Shown here piece after piece: positions 25,665 through 39,689 of a DNA stretch of 64,000 nucleotides (its first letter is position 1; the number at the start of each line of letters is the position of its first letter). This DNA comes from Takakia lepidozioides. Its lineage: Eukaryota > Plantae > Bryophyta. Under the pieces are notes generated by a model that saw only the letters and a program-made list of their open reading frames with translations, was not told the origin of the DNA and ran no database searches. Both the position numbers and the translations under genes were made by a program. The stretch lies in NCBI GenBank assembly GCA_030704615.1, contig CM060733.1:25110001-25174000 (forward strand), given 5' to 3'.

Positions 25665-26095
25665 CCGTCTACCATCAGATTCGAGTTAAAGATTTTTATG
25701 TATATATGATAGCTTTCAAATCTCAGATTGGTCATTGTGGATATGCAATGATGTCTTTTGGGGCCTGGGCTCACAAACGCACCAGACACTTTTATGTGTT
25801 TAATGAATTTATTGTTCAAGAAATATTTGGGGAAATTTGCGTTGGTCTTCATGGATGATATCTTGGTTTATTCAAGGTCCGAAGAAGAACACACTGAACA
25901 CTTGAGAAGTGTTTTAGAATCCTGAGAGAAAATAAATTCTAAGGTAAGAAAAGCAAATGTGAGTTTTTTGTTTCCCAAATTGAATATTTGTGTCACATAG
26001 TGTCAAATGATGGCATTTTGGTTGATCCCAAAAAGATCAAAGTGGTGGCTAAATGGCTAATTCCAAATGATATAACAGATATGAAGCATTTTTGG
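25665..26095 (+). mobile_element. Ty3/gypsy RT fragment (same family, third copy)
   Basis: [70 protein letters not shown]. Confidence 0.85.
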
Positions 26096-26609
26096 CATAC
26101 TTGGTAGTCAGTAGACGGACATAGTAGATTTGCGATGGATAAGGTGAACAGGGATAAGGTCGTGATGAAGTTTTCATTGCCTCGCAAAGCTCCATCGCCT
26201 TTGAAAAAACGACAGAAGCGGCCCAAAAGACGTAAGCACCACCGCAAGGCCCTCTTCATAACAGGGACCGATGTCGGGGTTGTAAGGAAGCTGGGTGAGG
26301 AGGTGGATAGTGCGCAAGATTCCATGGTGATAAGAAGGGTCATGGGGCCTCCTTTACCTCTGGTTGTAGAGGAAGTTCTCATTCTTCCCTCTTCTACTTA
26401 TAGACAGCCAAAATTGAGAAGCAAGAAACACCGCACTGCCAGATTTATGACAGGGAGTGAGGCCGGTGTCATTAAGAAGGTGTTAGAAGGCGTCAGAAGG
26501 CGAAATGGAAGAACTGAAAGAGAATGGTCGTGGACGAGTAAGGAGACTCGGGCCGCCGTTATAGAGTTTTACAAACTTAGAGACAATGAGACCTATTTCT
26601 TATTAGAAT

Positions 26610-27235
26610 ATTGTGGGAAGTCTCATATATACCATGGTAATACAAGGCCAGATATTGCAGAATTAGTGGGGGTTATGAGCCAATTTGTGGCTAACTTTGC
26701 ACTGGGCAACTCGGGTTACAATAAAGTGGATTTTTCGTCATTGGAGAGACACAATTGACTATGGTTTGTGGTTGAAAAGAACATAGATAAATTTGTTCAT
26801 GTGGACGAAGTGGGTTTAAAATGGTATCTTAGATAATGCTCACAATACCATATAGATTAATGGCTATTGTGATGTAAATTGGGCTGTGAATGTTGATGAC
26901 CCTCATTCTACATATAGATTTGTTTAAATGCTTGTAAATTGGGCAACAAGAAGCAATCTACAATCGCTATGTAATCAACTGAGGCAGAAAATATGGTTCT
27001 ATCTCAAGCAACAAAACAAGCAATATGGTTATCATCATTTTTGCCAAATATTGCTCTCTAAAGAAATTCGACTTTTCATGCTCGCTCCAAGCATATTGAG
27101 ATTCATCTCATTTGGTATAACACAAGACTAAAGCAAGAATGGTCAAATTGGTGTATTGCAACAACAACAATGTAGTAGCACACATATCAATAAAACGACT
27201 TTGTGTTAAAAAGCATAAATGCTTTCTAGGATGTG
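26610..27235 (+). mobile_element. Ty1/copia RT C-terminus / RNase H remnant
   Basis: TRPDIAELVGVMSQF, GYCDVNWA..VDD, KKQSTIA..STEAE..LSQATKQAIWL, FHARSKHIEIH. Many stops and frameshifts. Confidence 0.85.
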
Positions 27236-28026
27236 GTGATTAAAAGTTGAACTTAATAACTCAATGAGTTGGAGATCAACTCCCTACTAAGTTACTTCTA
27301 CTCAGAATTACAGTAATAGTGCAATAATAGCGGTGATGACAAGTTATAATCAATAATAGTGATAATCCTCAGTTAACTTAAGTCAGTTTTCGTGATACAA
27401 ATCAACGTATTAGGATAACAGTTTCAAGTTGAACATTCATTTCATCTGTTCCAGTTGCAGTATTTTTTTATTTTTTTTGCAGTAACTACAACATTGAAGA
27501 AGCTCTTATTTACGCTAACACCGTTGGTCTCATATATATATATTGCAAGCATTTTTAGCATTTCATAATTGGTCACAAGTATAGCCGTTAGTTACTAGTA
27601 ATGCTAAAATTAATTCTAGTAATTCTAGTAAGTTATATCGTTAACATATCGAGGTTGAAGTAATCTGCGTACCGTTAAAGAGACGTTAGCTAACAGCTAC
27701 CTGAGATGTTACTTGTTACTTCCAAGAGTCACGTTAACTAGCAACTAAAGCTTACTCCATCCCCTTTCATTAAAGGGGAAAAAAAAAAAAAGCTTAACTG
27801 CAGGCTGTTAGCAGTTAGCACCCAAACGGAAACGCGTTACCCTAACGATCCTAACGGATGGTGGCAGTGTTAGGACAGCGTGGGCAGCGTGCGAGAGCTT
27901 TACAGTGAATTGCTGCTTCTGTGCAGATTGCTGGATCCCCAATGGGAGTTTGACTGCTTGTGGAGATCTATTGTGCTGGTCTCAGTCAGGGATGAGTAGC
28001 TCGTGTCTGTGTATTTCACCAGGAGC

Positions 28027-31000
28027 ATGCCGATGCAATTGCATTCCTCTTCCATCTTCTTACGTCGTCTGTGCAGTTCTCTGTCAGTGCTACCATATGC
28101 TGAATTGGGATCCAATGCAAGTCGTATGCCCAACATTAGTGGGTGGCGATGGATTCACGTGAATGGCCAGGGCGGTGAAGTGTCCCGATTGCTTGATGTG
28201 GATGAGCAGACTGGTGTGAGCAGCCGGACTTTTGAAGATAATGAAGAAACAGACTCAGTAGGGCAGGATGTTTTGGCAACCGGTGCAGCGAATTGCAGCG
28301 AAGGAGTTCCCTCAGTCTTGCTGCATTGGACAACTGGACTGGTTAGATCGAATCAAGGAAGTGCTCCCTTCAACGGGGGATATGGATGTGGCTTTGGGCA
28401 TGGCACTGGATCGAGGCAATATTCAAACTCAACAGTAGATTTTGACCCACGAAGACAATTGTTGCATGGGAGATGCAGACCATGGGGACGAAGCATGGGG
28501 GCGCAGCTCTTGCAGACGTGGGGTAGTGACAGGCGCACACACATGGGGCACAGTCATGACCATGGCCCTGATGCAATTGCGGGAGAGGCTGGGGAGCGTG
28601 TGTTACGATTAGGGTTGTGGGCCGATATAGTACTGACCGGATGTAAAGGCGCAGCTGGCTTTTTTTCTGGCAGCACCGCCATCATCGCTGACGCTGCACA
28701 CTCTCTGTCTGATATTGTAAAAGTCTGACTCTCAGAATTTGTGTTTCCTTCGACGAAGAATTTCGAACATATCTGGCTAAGTTAGGTCAAGGCAGTGATG
28801 ACTATTCTCCATTTCTTTTTGGAACTTAGCTTTCAAGGCAAGCTGTGGAATATAAGCAAAGCCTCTCATTTCTCTCGGTCCTTTTGACTGTGGGATTGTT
28901 TGGAAGTTAAACCTGTCGACACAATTACCTGAAATTTCAAGTTGATTCTGAGTAGTTTAAAGCCTTTGTGAAGAGTCAGTACCAGCCAGTATTCGAAGAT
29001 GGAGAATTCTCCAGTATCAATTATCCAGCGTAGTTTTGATCTATTGAATAATATTTATCAGAGAGACACACCGAGTGCTTATTGATGCAAAAAACTACCT
29101 CACATTAGGGTGTGGTTGCCCAGGTTTTGAGTGGGGTTACACTGTGGACATCAAAAGCAGCAAAAGCTCCCAAGGACAAGGAGCACCCTTATGGTATTAT
29201 CTTTCATACATTTTCAACTATGATAGTTTCTTGGTGTATGTCGGTTTGCAAATGGACCACGGAGAACTGTAGGAATATATGGGAGTCTGAAGCAATATCA
29301 GGCTGTTATGTGCTCAACATTGGAAGAGGTTCATCTACCCTCAGAGACCATTTGATGGAGATGAGGTTTTTGGCCATGTGGCTGTTAGATTTTGCTTTTC
29401 TTTCCACTCTTTGCAGTAATAGAACCAAGTCCCATGACAGACGGGACTTAAATCATCCTACAACATTGAGCTGGAATTATTAAATCATCTAGTAAACTTA
29501 TGTAGAAAATATGTAGTTAGAGCTGTTAAATCCTCATACTATACTGGCAGTGTGGTGTATTTGATGGTACCCAGTGCTCCTAGCTGTGGTCAGTATGTTG
29601 AGTTGGTATTTCTTGTTCACTGCTCTATTGGGCTATTGGTGGTATGTTATGAACTTAGAATCCGTTTAGTTGAGGTGTGAAATTTCCTTGCTTGTTTGTT
29701 ACTTATATTCTTGTATGAGGTTCCATAGTGATATTCTTCTTAAAGAGGCATCTGGGCATCATGATTCAGGTCATGGCAGATTCGAGACCATGGGAGCCTT
29801 GTGTATCTCAGGCTTGCTGGTGGCAACAGGTGGTGGAATTGCATGGCATGCGATCGAGACTCTTCAGGCATGTATGTCACGCAGTAATCATCGTAGTGGA
29901 TCGAATTTAATTTGGGTTTGAAATTGGAGGTATGGTAGACTAAGTTACATACGATAACGATTCTTTATGAATCTTGAGTGGGGAATTGTACAGTGAAATC
30001 TGATCATGAGAAGCTTTGGTTGAATATGTACTGACTTTTGCACAAAGTCATTGTTAGTGTGACATTTTACACCCCAATGTCTGGGATACCCCACAAGAGT
30101 AAGGGCTCACCAGGGTTAAGCGAGAAGAGTAGTTTTCCCTTACTAACTTTTTGCATTTTTTCCCTCTCCTTGAAAAATATTAATGGCAGGCACTGATACC
30201 AGATTTGTCGTCCACAAATATGGACACGATTGTTCAAACAACTAAGGATAACTTCCATATACAAGGGCATGAGCATTCCCATGAGCATGGGTCTAAAGTG
30301 CATCATCATCATCATGGTATAGACATGGAGCACGGGGCTGTAGCGCTCAGTGCTGCAATCTTCTCCATTGGCGTGAAAGAGGGGTATGAGTTTTCTAGAA
30401 CCTGAAGTTGGTAGTCATGATGATGTGTTGATGTCTAGTTTATCAATGCCTTCATGAAATAAACTTTACAGAATATCTGCAGAAAGCAGTTAAATTTGAG
30501 GGACTGAATTGCAGCAGAGTACCGTCATGTGTTAGTGCGGTGGAAAATGTGGTCAACCTTAGCAGCATTAATGGGGCAGTGAGCAGCAGCTCATCCATTA
30601 GAGTCCTCCTGGTTAGAAAGTGGTACCAAGTGGGGTTTTTGTGTGGTCTCATGTAGCTGAAAGTTTTTATGCGCCCTGGCCTTGTACCTTCTTCAATGTT
30701 ATGTTTGTGTCCGCCCACTTTCAGAGCTATTATGCCCCCTCTTCTCCTGGATTGGTTTGAGGTTGCTGTTGGGTGTGGCCTGTGTGTATGCGGCAGCTTG
30801 TATTTGGCCACCCGGGCAGTAGGGGAGAGAACAGGAAGTGAATTGCTCAAGGCAAATGCTTGGCATCATCGTAGCGATGCCATCTCCTCTATAGTTGCTC
30901 TCGTCGGTGTTGGTGAGTCCTTAACCTTGACTTTCTATCTGTGAGCCTGTGGGTAGCTTTGACAGAATAAAGCTCTTTATTGATTTTTCCTTTCCATTTA

Positions 31001-34000
31001 CCCATCTGTAGTTGGTCCCTACACAGTTTTGTTTGACTTAACTTCCTATCCAATCTAGCATGTATAAGCAGACCATTATTAGCTCAAATTCTGCTACAGG
31101 CTGTTGTGCTTGGATAAGCCCTGCAGTTTCAGGTCAATCCAGTGTATGTCATGAAGTGGATTTTTAATTAGTTTCTGGATGTGGTATGCAATACCAGGTG
31201 GGGCGATTCTGGGAATGCCAATGTTGGACCCATTAGCGGGGTTACTTGTTTCGGTGATGATTGTGAAAGCAGGTCTCACAACTGGCTATCAGAGGTATGT
31301 ACTTTCTGTTTCTGAGAATTGTCTGCCATTTCAGTGCATTTCAAGGAGCTTTAGTTCCTAGCAAGGTAAGTGCATAAGTGCTATTTTGTCATCCACATAA
31401 AGGGAATTGAGTTTGTGGCAATCCTTTTCTGTTCTCCTTTACAAATTGATACCATATTGATAAATGGATCTAGCTTTGTAGCATGCAGGAGCTGGTGGAC
31501 AAAGGAGTGCCTGAGTCAGTGCTGTCACCTCTCCGGAAAACTTTACTAGGGGTTCCAGGTGTGGAGGTACCAGAGCTCATCCTTCTCACTTCCAGATCCT
31601 TGAGAGGGATATCTTTTCACATTGTACTTTGGGCTTGTTCACTATACATAGCTGTACACCCTGCCTCCGCACAATGTGTAGATGCTATGGATATGAAGCA
31701 GGACCTAAGTGCATAGTAATACGATATTAAAGTTCTGACCTGGTGGGGATAATGGACATGTGGTAGAGTGCTAAGTGCTACGTACATGGTGGCCACAATT
31801 TCAAGGACAACTGCATCTCCTTTATGCTATCGTTTGGCATTCGACACATTATGAGTTTCTGGCTCAATCGTGTTATCTTAGTTCAGGATGCGTTAAGAAT
31901 GCAGACTCTATGTTGCAGGGATGCCATCATTTCAGGGGGCGCAGAATGGGTTCGTTCGTTCATCTGGATGCTCACATTGAGGTACTTAATTTCCAACCGC
32001 GTGGCTCAGGTCAATCTGGTCACATTGGCAGTGGCTACTAAGGCTCAACTGCTTAGGGCAACAGCCTAAAGGGTCACGGAAACTCAGTATGCAAGTTATG
32101 GTCAGGGTTGTTTTTCATATGGTTTATCTGCTTCCTGTACCGAGAAGTGGTCAATTTATGAGACTTGTATTCACATACTCATTCAAGCTTCAGGTCCTAA
32201 ACGTTTTAGTAGTATCTCCTGCTAAATCTAAAACCATGGAAATTTAGCAGCGTTTGTTTGGTCTTGGGGAGCTGCTGCCTGCACCAGTTGCCTAAAAGGT
32301 AATTATGGTTAGAAGGTGAAGCACTGGTTTCTTTGGTGACATGGAAATCTTGGGATGTGTACACTACTGCGTCATCAGGTTGGCTGCTTGTGTATGAGTC
32401 ACAAGACCAGAAATTGTTCTGGTGATCTCAGGCTAAAGAAGGCGGCTCATTACCTATGTTGGACTGAAAGCACATCCAAACTTTCAGTCCAGTTCCTGAC
32501 GGTCATTTCTGTGGAGTTGGCTTTTAATGCTTGCATGCTTGTTCTAAGATGAAGGCAATGCTGATAGAGGAGGCTTGAATGCAGGTGGATCCATGGCTGA
32601 GTGTGAGTGCAGCCCATAACATAGGTGAAGCTGTGCGCCAACAAATGCACAGGCATCATCCTGAAGTGACTGAAACATTTGTCCACATTGGTAGTTCCTG
32701 AACTCATATCTTTCACACTTTATCTGGCTATCGTACACTGTACCAGAAGGATGGATGCTAGATCAAGTGGGGAAATTTACTTCTACGTTGATGAGTGTGT
32801 GAGGTAGCCTGCCAACCCTTCCAAACTTGGATCCACCAAGTGGTCAGCTACTTTGTTTCATGGAGTCAGACTGAAATGACGGAAAATTTCGTGAAACTCT
32901 TAACTTAAGAGATAATCAAAGGCTTTGAACAGAAGCTGCCCATGGGATCACTTATAAGGGTTGTCGATGATTTCTAGAACCCACCATTCTGCCTAGAAGA
33001 GACTTTTTGTTCCATTAGTGCAGTATGAAGCCGTCTTTTTTCTTCTAAGGGAAGGTAATGAAAACATTTCCTTAATGAAATTCAAGGAATCGAAATTTTG
33101 GGTATCAACTACCCGAACGCTGCAAGGTAATATCCACCCTGCTAAAGACTAAATGTGACCTTTGTACACATTCTGACTCTTAAACTGCTTCATTCGCTAG
33201 GATTTGAGGAGTACTCATTAGCAGACTAAATATTTAGGAATTTTTTTGATCATGGACGAGCTGGTTTGCCTTGGTGCTTCTGATAACCAAACTGTATCTG
33301 GTGAGCAGAGTCTAACTATATCTGGTGATGTGAAAACAGAACCTGCCGATGGGCAGCCAACATCTCATTCCCATGATGACTCTGAAAGCTGTCCCTATGA
33401 AAACCACACTGAAGGTTCACATGAGCATCACCATCACCATCATCACAAGATCGAAGGAAGTTCTGAGGATGGCAGGGAGAATAATGATGCACACTTGCTG
33501 CGTAAAAAGGATCTAACGTGGAAGGGCACAAAGTCCGATCTGTTGGAGGGTAGCAACTTGACTCGGAGAGAGGTGTTTGATGAGAATGTTAATTCTTTGC
33601 AGCAAGTTGAAGTGGAACGAGTTGTTCGTTCGGTTCTTGATGCAAACTTTGAAGAGGTGAGTTGGTAATCAACTTCAGTCATTACAGATTGCATCTTTGT
33701 GACTGTCAATGGTGGGTGGTAACTTGAAAGTCATCTTTTGCCCTATATTTTTTACATTTGCACTGTCAAGCATTGGAACAGTGCCCCAAATGCATATCCA
33801 GAAGGCGACCTTTTTTTTCCCTTGTACTTAATGAATTGTCTTGCAAAACCCCTGCCTGTCAGTGTAACGTCTGTTGGCGTCCGGTTCCCTGTAGCATTAC
33901 TGACAAATCAAATAGAGTTTATAAGACTTCCTGAGTACATCCCAGCAGTGAGGGCCCTGGACATTTTAAACTGTCAATGGCTGCAGTGTATCCTGTCTTG

Positions 34001-34872
34001 TTCTCTGGACCAGCGTGGTGTTTCTTTTGAGATAGTGCCGATCAGGCCTTACTCGTGTTATTGTTTTCTTCTCAAAGGATTCTATTTCAAAGCCCTGAAC
34101 AATTGTTTTGGTTGTTGATCACTATAGATCCAGGGCATTGGTGCCACTCTTAGTACTTATTCCTTTCAGGTCCACTGGAATGTGATTGATTGGTTGGATG
34201 GTGTAACCCTGTCACCATCAGCTAGCATGGAACGATCTGTCTTTGGTTCAACGAAGATTCATGATTGTCTTGTTGACCTGGTTATCCTATCAGTAGTATT
34301 TTCTGAGTAATGGATGGGATAGAGGTAAGTTGTACATGCAGTGACGATTAGGATGTGGGGGTTCATTTTGCAGACAGTGACAGTGACACATGTTACATGT
34401 CACTTTTTGCAAGGCAAAATTGTTGTGGAGGTGGAAGTCTCTTTGGACCCCGATCTCTCAATCAGGTGAAGTTCAAGCAACCAATTTGGAACTGCACATG
34501 TCTGGCTGGTAACGCTACTTGTAGAGTCTTAGCCATTTCTCCGAAACTATTTCTTGGGCTAAAACCCTTATTTTTCGTTCTTGGGCAGGCCCGGCTAGAT
34601 GATAACATAGCAACAGCTCTTGACTCAAATGTAGTGAGGTGAACGGATGGCTGTGCAGCCAGGACAACTGCAGATGGGCCATGTGTGTAACTAGCATCAA
34701 CGGTTACATCTGATCTCTAATGTAAGGGAGAGTTTGCTGGCAGTTCATCTGTCTCATTGTTGGAATATGGTGCAGGGGTGCCATGCAGCTTGCCAAGGAG
34801 ATTGAGGATGTTTTGCTACGGAATGTGCCTGAAATCTCTGCTGCCAATGTGCAACTGAGACTCAGCCAATAG
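28027..34872 (+). CDS. MTP6: Cation diffusion facilitator, metal tolerance protein 6 / MTPc1-like (probably mitochondrial)
   Basis: CDF signatures STAIIADAAHSLSD, KEHPYGHGRFE, KANAWHHRSDAISS, GRRMGSFVHLDAHIEVDPWLSVSAAHNIGE. Exons: 28027-28716, 29124-29193, 29770-29867 (or 29871), 30190 (or 30203)-30383, 30797-30912, 31198-31294, 31482-31566, 31919-31981, 32585-32690, 33340-33656, 34374-34465, 34776-34872. Start codon uncertain. Confidence 0.9.
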
Positions 34873-37738
34873 CCGACGGCCGTTTGGACAGGTGACGTAT
34901 TGTTGTATTATATTCCAGCAGTCCAAGCAAGACTGACAGCAATTCATGGACATAGGTTTTGTTGGTCAAGGTTGCTTTTTGCCACTAATTTGGTTGAGCT
35001 ATCTAGCACACTACTCTCCCATCATTGGCAACCTTGCATACTACCCTCTTTCTCGTTGTTATGTCTTTGAAGTTCCGTTTTATTGAGGACGAGTTTTTGA
35101 CATTGTTTGTGAAATAATCATGTCTGCTACTCCACTGCACTTCTTTGTTGTCTCCATCTCTACTTGATCCTCTTTACGTCTCCTCAAGGTCATCGTCAGC
35201 AGTCATATCTGCCAGATCCATTATGTGAGCTCTCATTACCTTCACTACCCATGCCAACAGCAGGTATACCCCTGCAGTGGACAGGAGAGAATGTACCCCT
35301 GCATGAAAGGCACTTTTGAAATTGTTCACATTACTCCATCCATCCACAATGTGTCCTAAACCCACATGGAACAGGCGAAAACTACTCCAGATCCCAACCC
35401 CTTGTCCAGTCTTTCACTTTCCACTTGTTCTACGTTTTCCTCTGGGATCTTGTCGCCCTCTTTTGGACTGGATGGAGTTCTTTCTTTTTCTCCATCTCCC
35501 TCTGTGTGTTGCCTTCTCTGGACGTAATGGGACTTCTTTCTCTCTCTATGTGTCTCTGGCCACAAGGCTATGTCAGCAACATCTTTTGAGTACATTCTCT
35601 ATCTGTGTCTCTCCTCTGTGCATGCAGAGAACAAGATACACACTTCAGTAACTGAGTTACCCTTGCCAAGGTCTCCATCTCACAATGGCTTTGGATTTTA
35701 GCTTTCGTGGAGTGAAAGCAGCAAGTAGAGACAGTGGAGAAGTCAAGGTCAACACTTCTGCAATACAGAATGAAAGGGGTCGGAGAGGATTTCTCTAGTC
35801 ACTTGCAATGGAAGGAACAACCCAGCAGTGAACTGGGATATTCATGCCTTAGGATTCCAGCCAAAAGAGCATAACTGGATACTGGCGAAATGAAACGAGA
35901 CGCACATCTTTCCCTGCCAAGCACATGTCTGTCTTCTTACCTCCAAGAGCTCAATCTCCCACAGAGTCCCTACCTCATAAAGGCAATTGAAAACAAGTCA
36001 AAGAAACCAAGAAATCATTTGAATGAGAGGAACGACAATGGAGGTCGAGTTGTGTCAGATTGAAATGAATCATGAGACCCCATACTCGGTTGCCTTGTGC
36101 TTCTCGAGCTCCAGGTGAAGCACAGCGAGGGAGTCCGCATTCTTCATCTTCTTTTGCGATCGCCGAGGCAAGAGTCTAGCGGGAAGTGAGTCAACGGCAG
36201 AGAAGAGCAGAGTAGTGAAAGACCGGAAGCCCTAGTCATTCCTTGCACGCTCAGTAATGAGCAGCATGATGCCTGCCACACCCCGCCCACTATGGATATG
36301 TAACCTTGTTCACCACGCCGTCAGTCTGCAGGATTGATGAGCTCTATTCTCGGCCCAGACAATCAAGTCCACAGCATTGAATGCAGCTGCCGCTTACCTG
36401 CTGCATGCTCTCAGCGCAGATGGTGGAACTCGAATTTGGGTGCACACGCATCGGAAAAGCGAAATTCTGTATGATACGACGGTCTCATCTTCCAGACAAA
36501 CTGCAAAGATGTCAGGGTGTATTTGGCCCGGGTCTTTATTGCTTGCCAAGTTACCCCTACATGGAGCCTGCCATTAATGCGAGAACGAGAATTTGCTCAC
36601 TCAACAATCACTGCCAATCCGAGTTCTCCCATGGTTTTGCATCTGTTCCCAAGTGCGTCCTGATGGTTTACCAAATTTGTTGGCTGGAACTTGGGCTCAC
36701 TTCTGGGAGGTTACGAGTTACGATCTTACTATCGATCACACTACACACGGTGTTGTTCACTATCCCTAGTACATGGCTCTACATATCTGGAGAATGTTAA
36801 ATCAGACACCTTCCTTCACAAAACTTAGAAGTGCTAAAACCCCGCCAGAGTTGGGTCGTATACATAATATCAATCAGATATCAATCAGCTGCGAAGGAGA
36901 TGATGTTTGGTGCACAAGGACGCAGCTGTAGAGCATGGAGATAAGAATTAGGGAATGAAGACAATACTTAGAAGCGAGGATCATCATCACCTCTTCCACC
37001 ACTTTGGCTACAGTGAGGGCTATGGTATTTGAACGATAATTACCATAATAATGGGTTGGGTGATTGCCCAAGTGATTTCGATTTCGAGAATACTTGCCCG
37101 AAGTGGAGTGGAATGATAAGTGTGCACTGATCAATGTAGACGGGACTGAGAAGTTAAGAGGAGTTTAGAGTAGCAAGACATTCAAACAGTTCGGAGATAA
37201 GCACTCAGAAAGCACGAGACGTGATTCAAACAAAGCAGACATACATCACTTCTTCATGCAACGTTGCGATCAAAAAGTAGTTTTAGAAAAACTTGGGTAG
37301 CCTCCCATCATTTCCAGGCTAGAGAACCAACGCTCTTCGACGCTGTAAAGTGTGCCAAAGAAGTTGCAAAATCACTAGTCATCCTGGGCCTACTGTATTC
37401 CTCAATTCTGAGCCATGGAGAGAAAATTCATTAAGAATTCAAATCGACTTCCTGATCAAGTATGGGACCTGGGTGCCTCTTTTCTACTTACAAATTAGTT
37501 GTCAAATGTTTCTGATTATCACTATACAGCGCGCCAAAACGACACAGCAATTTTACCATGAACTACAGAAGTGTCACCTTTCGAAGAGAAGAAAGATCTC
37601 GAGAAGGGGGGACGAGTGGTTCCTCTCTTCTTGAAAATGCTGAGTCCGAGCTTCTCTGTTCTGTTACTAATAGTATACATGCACAGGACTTGCCTCTTCA
37701 AAAGGAGCCATGTACGCAAAAATGTATTTATGCCTAAT

Positions 37739-39241
37739 CTAACAGGCTGTCGAAGATTGGGAGAAGTGCGAGAACCCTGGCTTTGAGAAAGTTATACTCC
37801 TGTTATCAACAGTGGCGACTCTCTCGCAGGATGGGCACATGGTCAGCGTTGCTGCAGGCAGTGGCATATAGAAGTCATGAGCTATGACACAAGGAGGGGC
37901 AGCTTTGATAGTCCTCAACTCCTGCAACTCCTTTTGCAATCTTCTATTTTCCTCGGTCAAAGTCTCACAACACCGCTTAAGGAGCTCGCAGTCGACTTCA
38001 GTTTGCTTGAGCTTAGTTCTGCAACAAATAGGTGTTTACTCGTCATCAGTCTGGTTGATCTCCCAAAGTTAAACGACCATGACATCTAAGGCACTCCTCA
38101 GAGTTCCAGCTTTCAAGCCCCTATCTCTGAAAAACTCAATGTCTACCTTGAAATTGTGATGAAATCCAAAAACTATATCCAGATGCAGAAGTGGAAGACA
38201 AATGCAAAGATGGAGGTGCTACATTCAACTCGGATCGGGATAAACCCACCTTGCTCTCCTGTTTTGGAACCAGACTTCAACTTGTCGAGGTCGGAGACTT
38301 AGTTGCTTCGCCAGAGCGTTCTTTTGCTTCTGTATAAGAGACCAGGCCAGAATAAGTCATGATGCCCCTCCAACTGGGAGTCTGAACGAAAATAGGCAAA
38401 AACATTGTTCACCTTTCCAGCACACACAAATTCAGAAAGTTCACTCCCCGACAGCTAACAAAGACGATGCGGAACAGATCAAAATAACACAAAAAAGTTG
38501 GCGCTACTGAAGTATGACAGAAGGGTCATACCGGGTTGAGAGTGCTATGTTCTTTAAAGCTTTCTTCGAGAAGGGCTGACTGTTCTTTAGAAAGGCGAAG
38601 TTTCTTCCTCGTGGTCCCACCATCCTCTTCATCGCTTCCTCCTCTTGAGCTCAACTCACAGGGCCTATCTTGCTCAAGGTCGAAGTCATGAAGCTTCTCC
38701 CTTTCCCGTTTCATGCCTATGCTGCTCGGAGAAGACATAACGGCTTCATCACAGTCTGTGGTTGAGGGGATTTGGTTAACATCGATTCCTCTTGGTGAAG
38801 CACCATGGCCACCAGAGGAGTAGGTCTCTGCCACTTCGATCTCGTCATTGCCTGCATTAAGCAATCATATCGAATGTCAACTTCAGCGATCTGCAGGCTA
38901 AGCGTGACCAACAACTGAACATTCAAGTTTGCTCAAAACGACCTCATACATCAAGACAGTAGCATCAATCTACAGGAGCATCGATCAGCTTAGAAGTAAG
39001 GTACAGGCTCCGCACCACTGCCAGAATTGGTGCGAGAGTCATTGCGCAGACTCGGCTGCCATGAGAAACGATTGTTGGAGGAAGAAGGGGGCTGAGAGCT
39101 GGATGCCGAGCGAGAGAGAGGCCGGAGGGGCAACAAATCCAGCTGCACAGGGCATTGCCTTGGAGTGCACGGGTCATGCCCTCTTTGCACCAGCATGCTT
39201 AGGTCTACACTGAATCCTAAACTGGAACCCGAATTCGCCAT
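37739..39241 (-). CDS. Class II homeodomain-leucine zipper transcription factor (ATHB2/HAT-like)
   Basis: [64 protein letters not shown], leucine zipper, [11 protein letters not shown] motif, and N-terminal LDLLP and GIDVN motifs. Exons: 39241-39016, 38851-38532, 38329-38250, 38018-37739. Confidence 0.95.
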
Positions 39242-39633
39242 TGCTCTCAGTCTCCTTGCGCTGTATCTCACCCGATACCCTTGAGCACCTCTGCTCAGAT
39301 ACCCACTCCCGCTTTGTCCTCCAGAAAACTAAGACTCCCCTCAAGCAAGCTGCGTTCACTACTCCAAGCTAACCCAACATCTAGGTCACCCCTTGAGCTG
39401 CGTGAAGGATCTGTCGCAAGAACGATCACGGCTGAGCTGCTAAGTATGAGGGGCAGGTGATGCTATAACATGGAAGACTCGGCCCTCTTCCACGGCAGGT
39501 GCTAAGTGGGGTCAGGCAACGACCCAGCAGTGCAGGAATGCAGAAGACCACGATGTAAAAGCGTGCGTGCAGCACCTCCTACCTACCTGCCTCCCTGCCA
39601 CTCTGCATGTGCGTCTCTCTCTTTTCCCTGCCA

Positions 39634-39689
39634 CCTCTGCACCTCCCCACTGTACCCCTCTGCACCTCCCCACTGTACCCCTCTGCACC
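39634..39689. repeat. Short tandem repeat, ~23-bp unit CCTCTGCACCTCCCCACTGTACC x ~2.5, upstream of the HD-Zip II start
   Basis: Direct reading. Confidence 0.8.
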
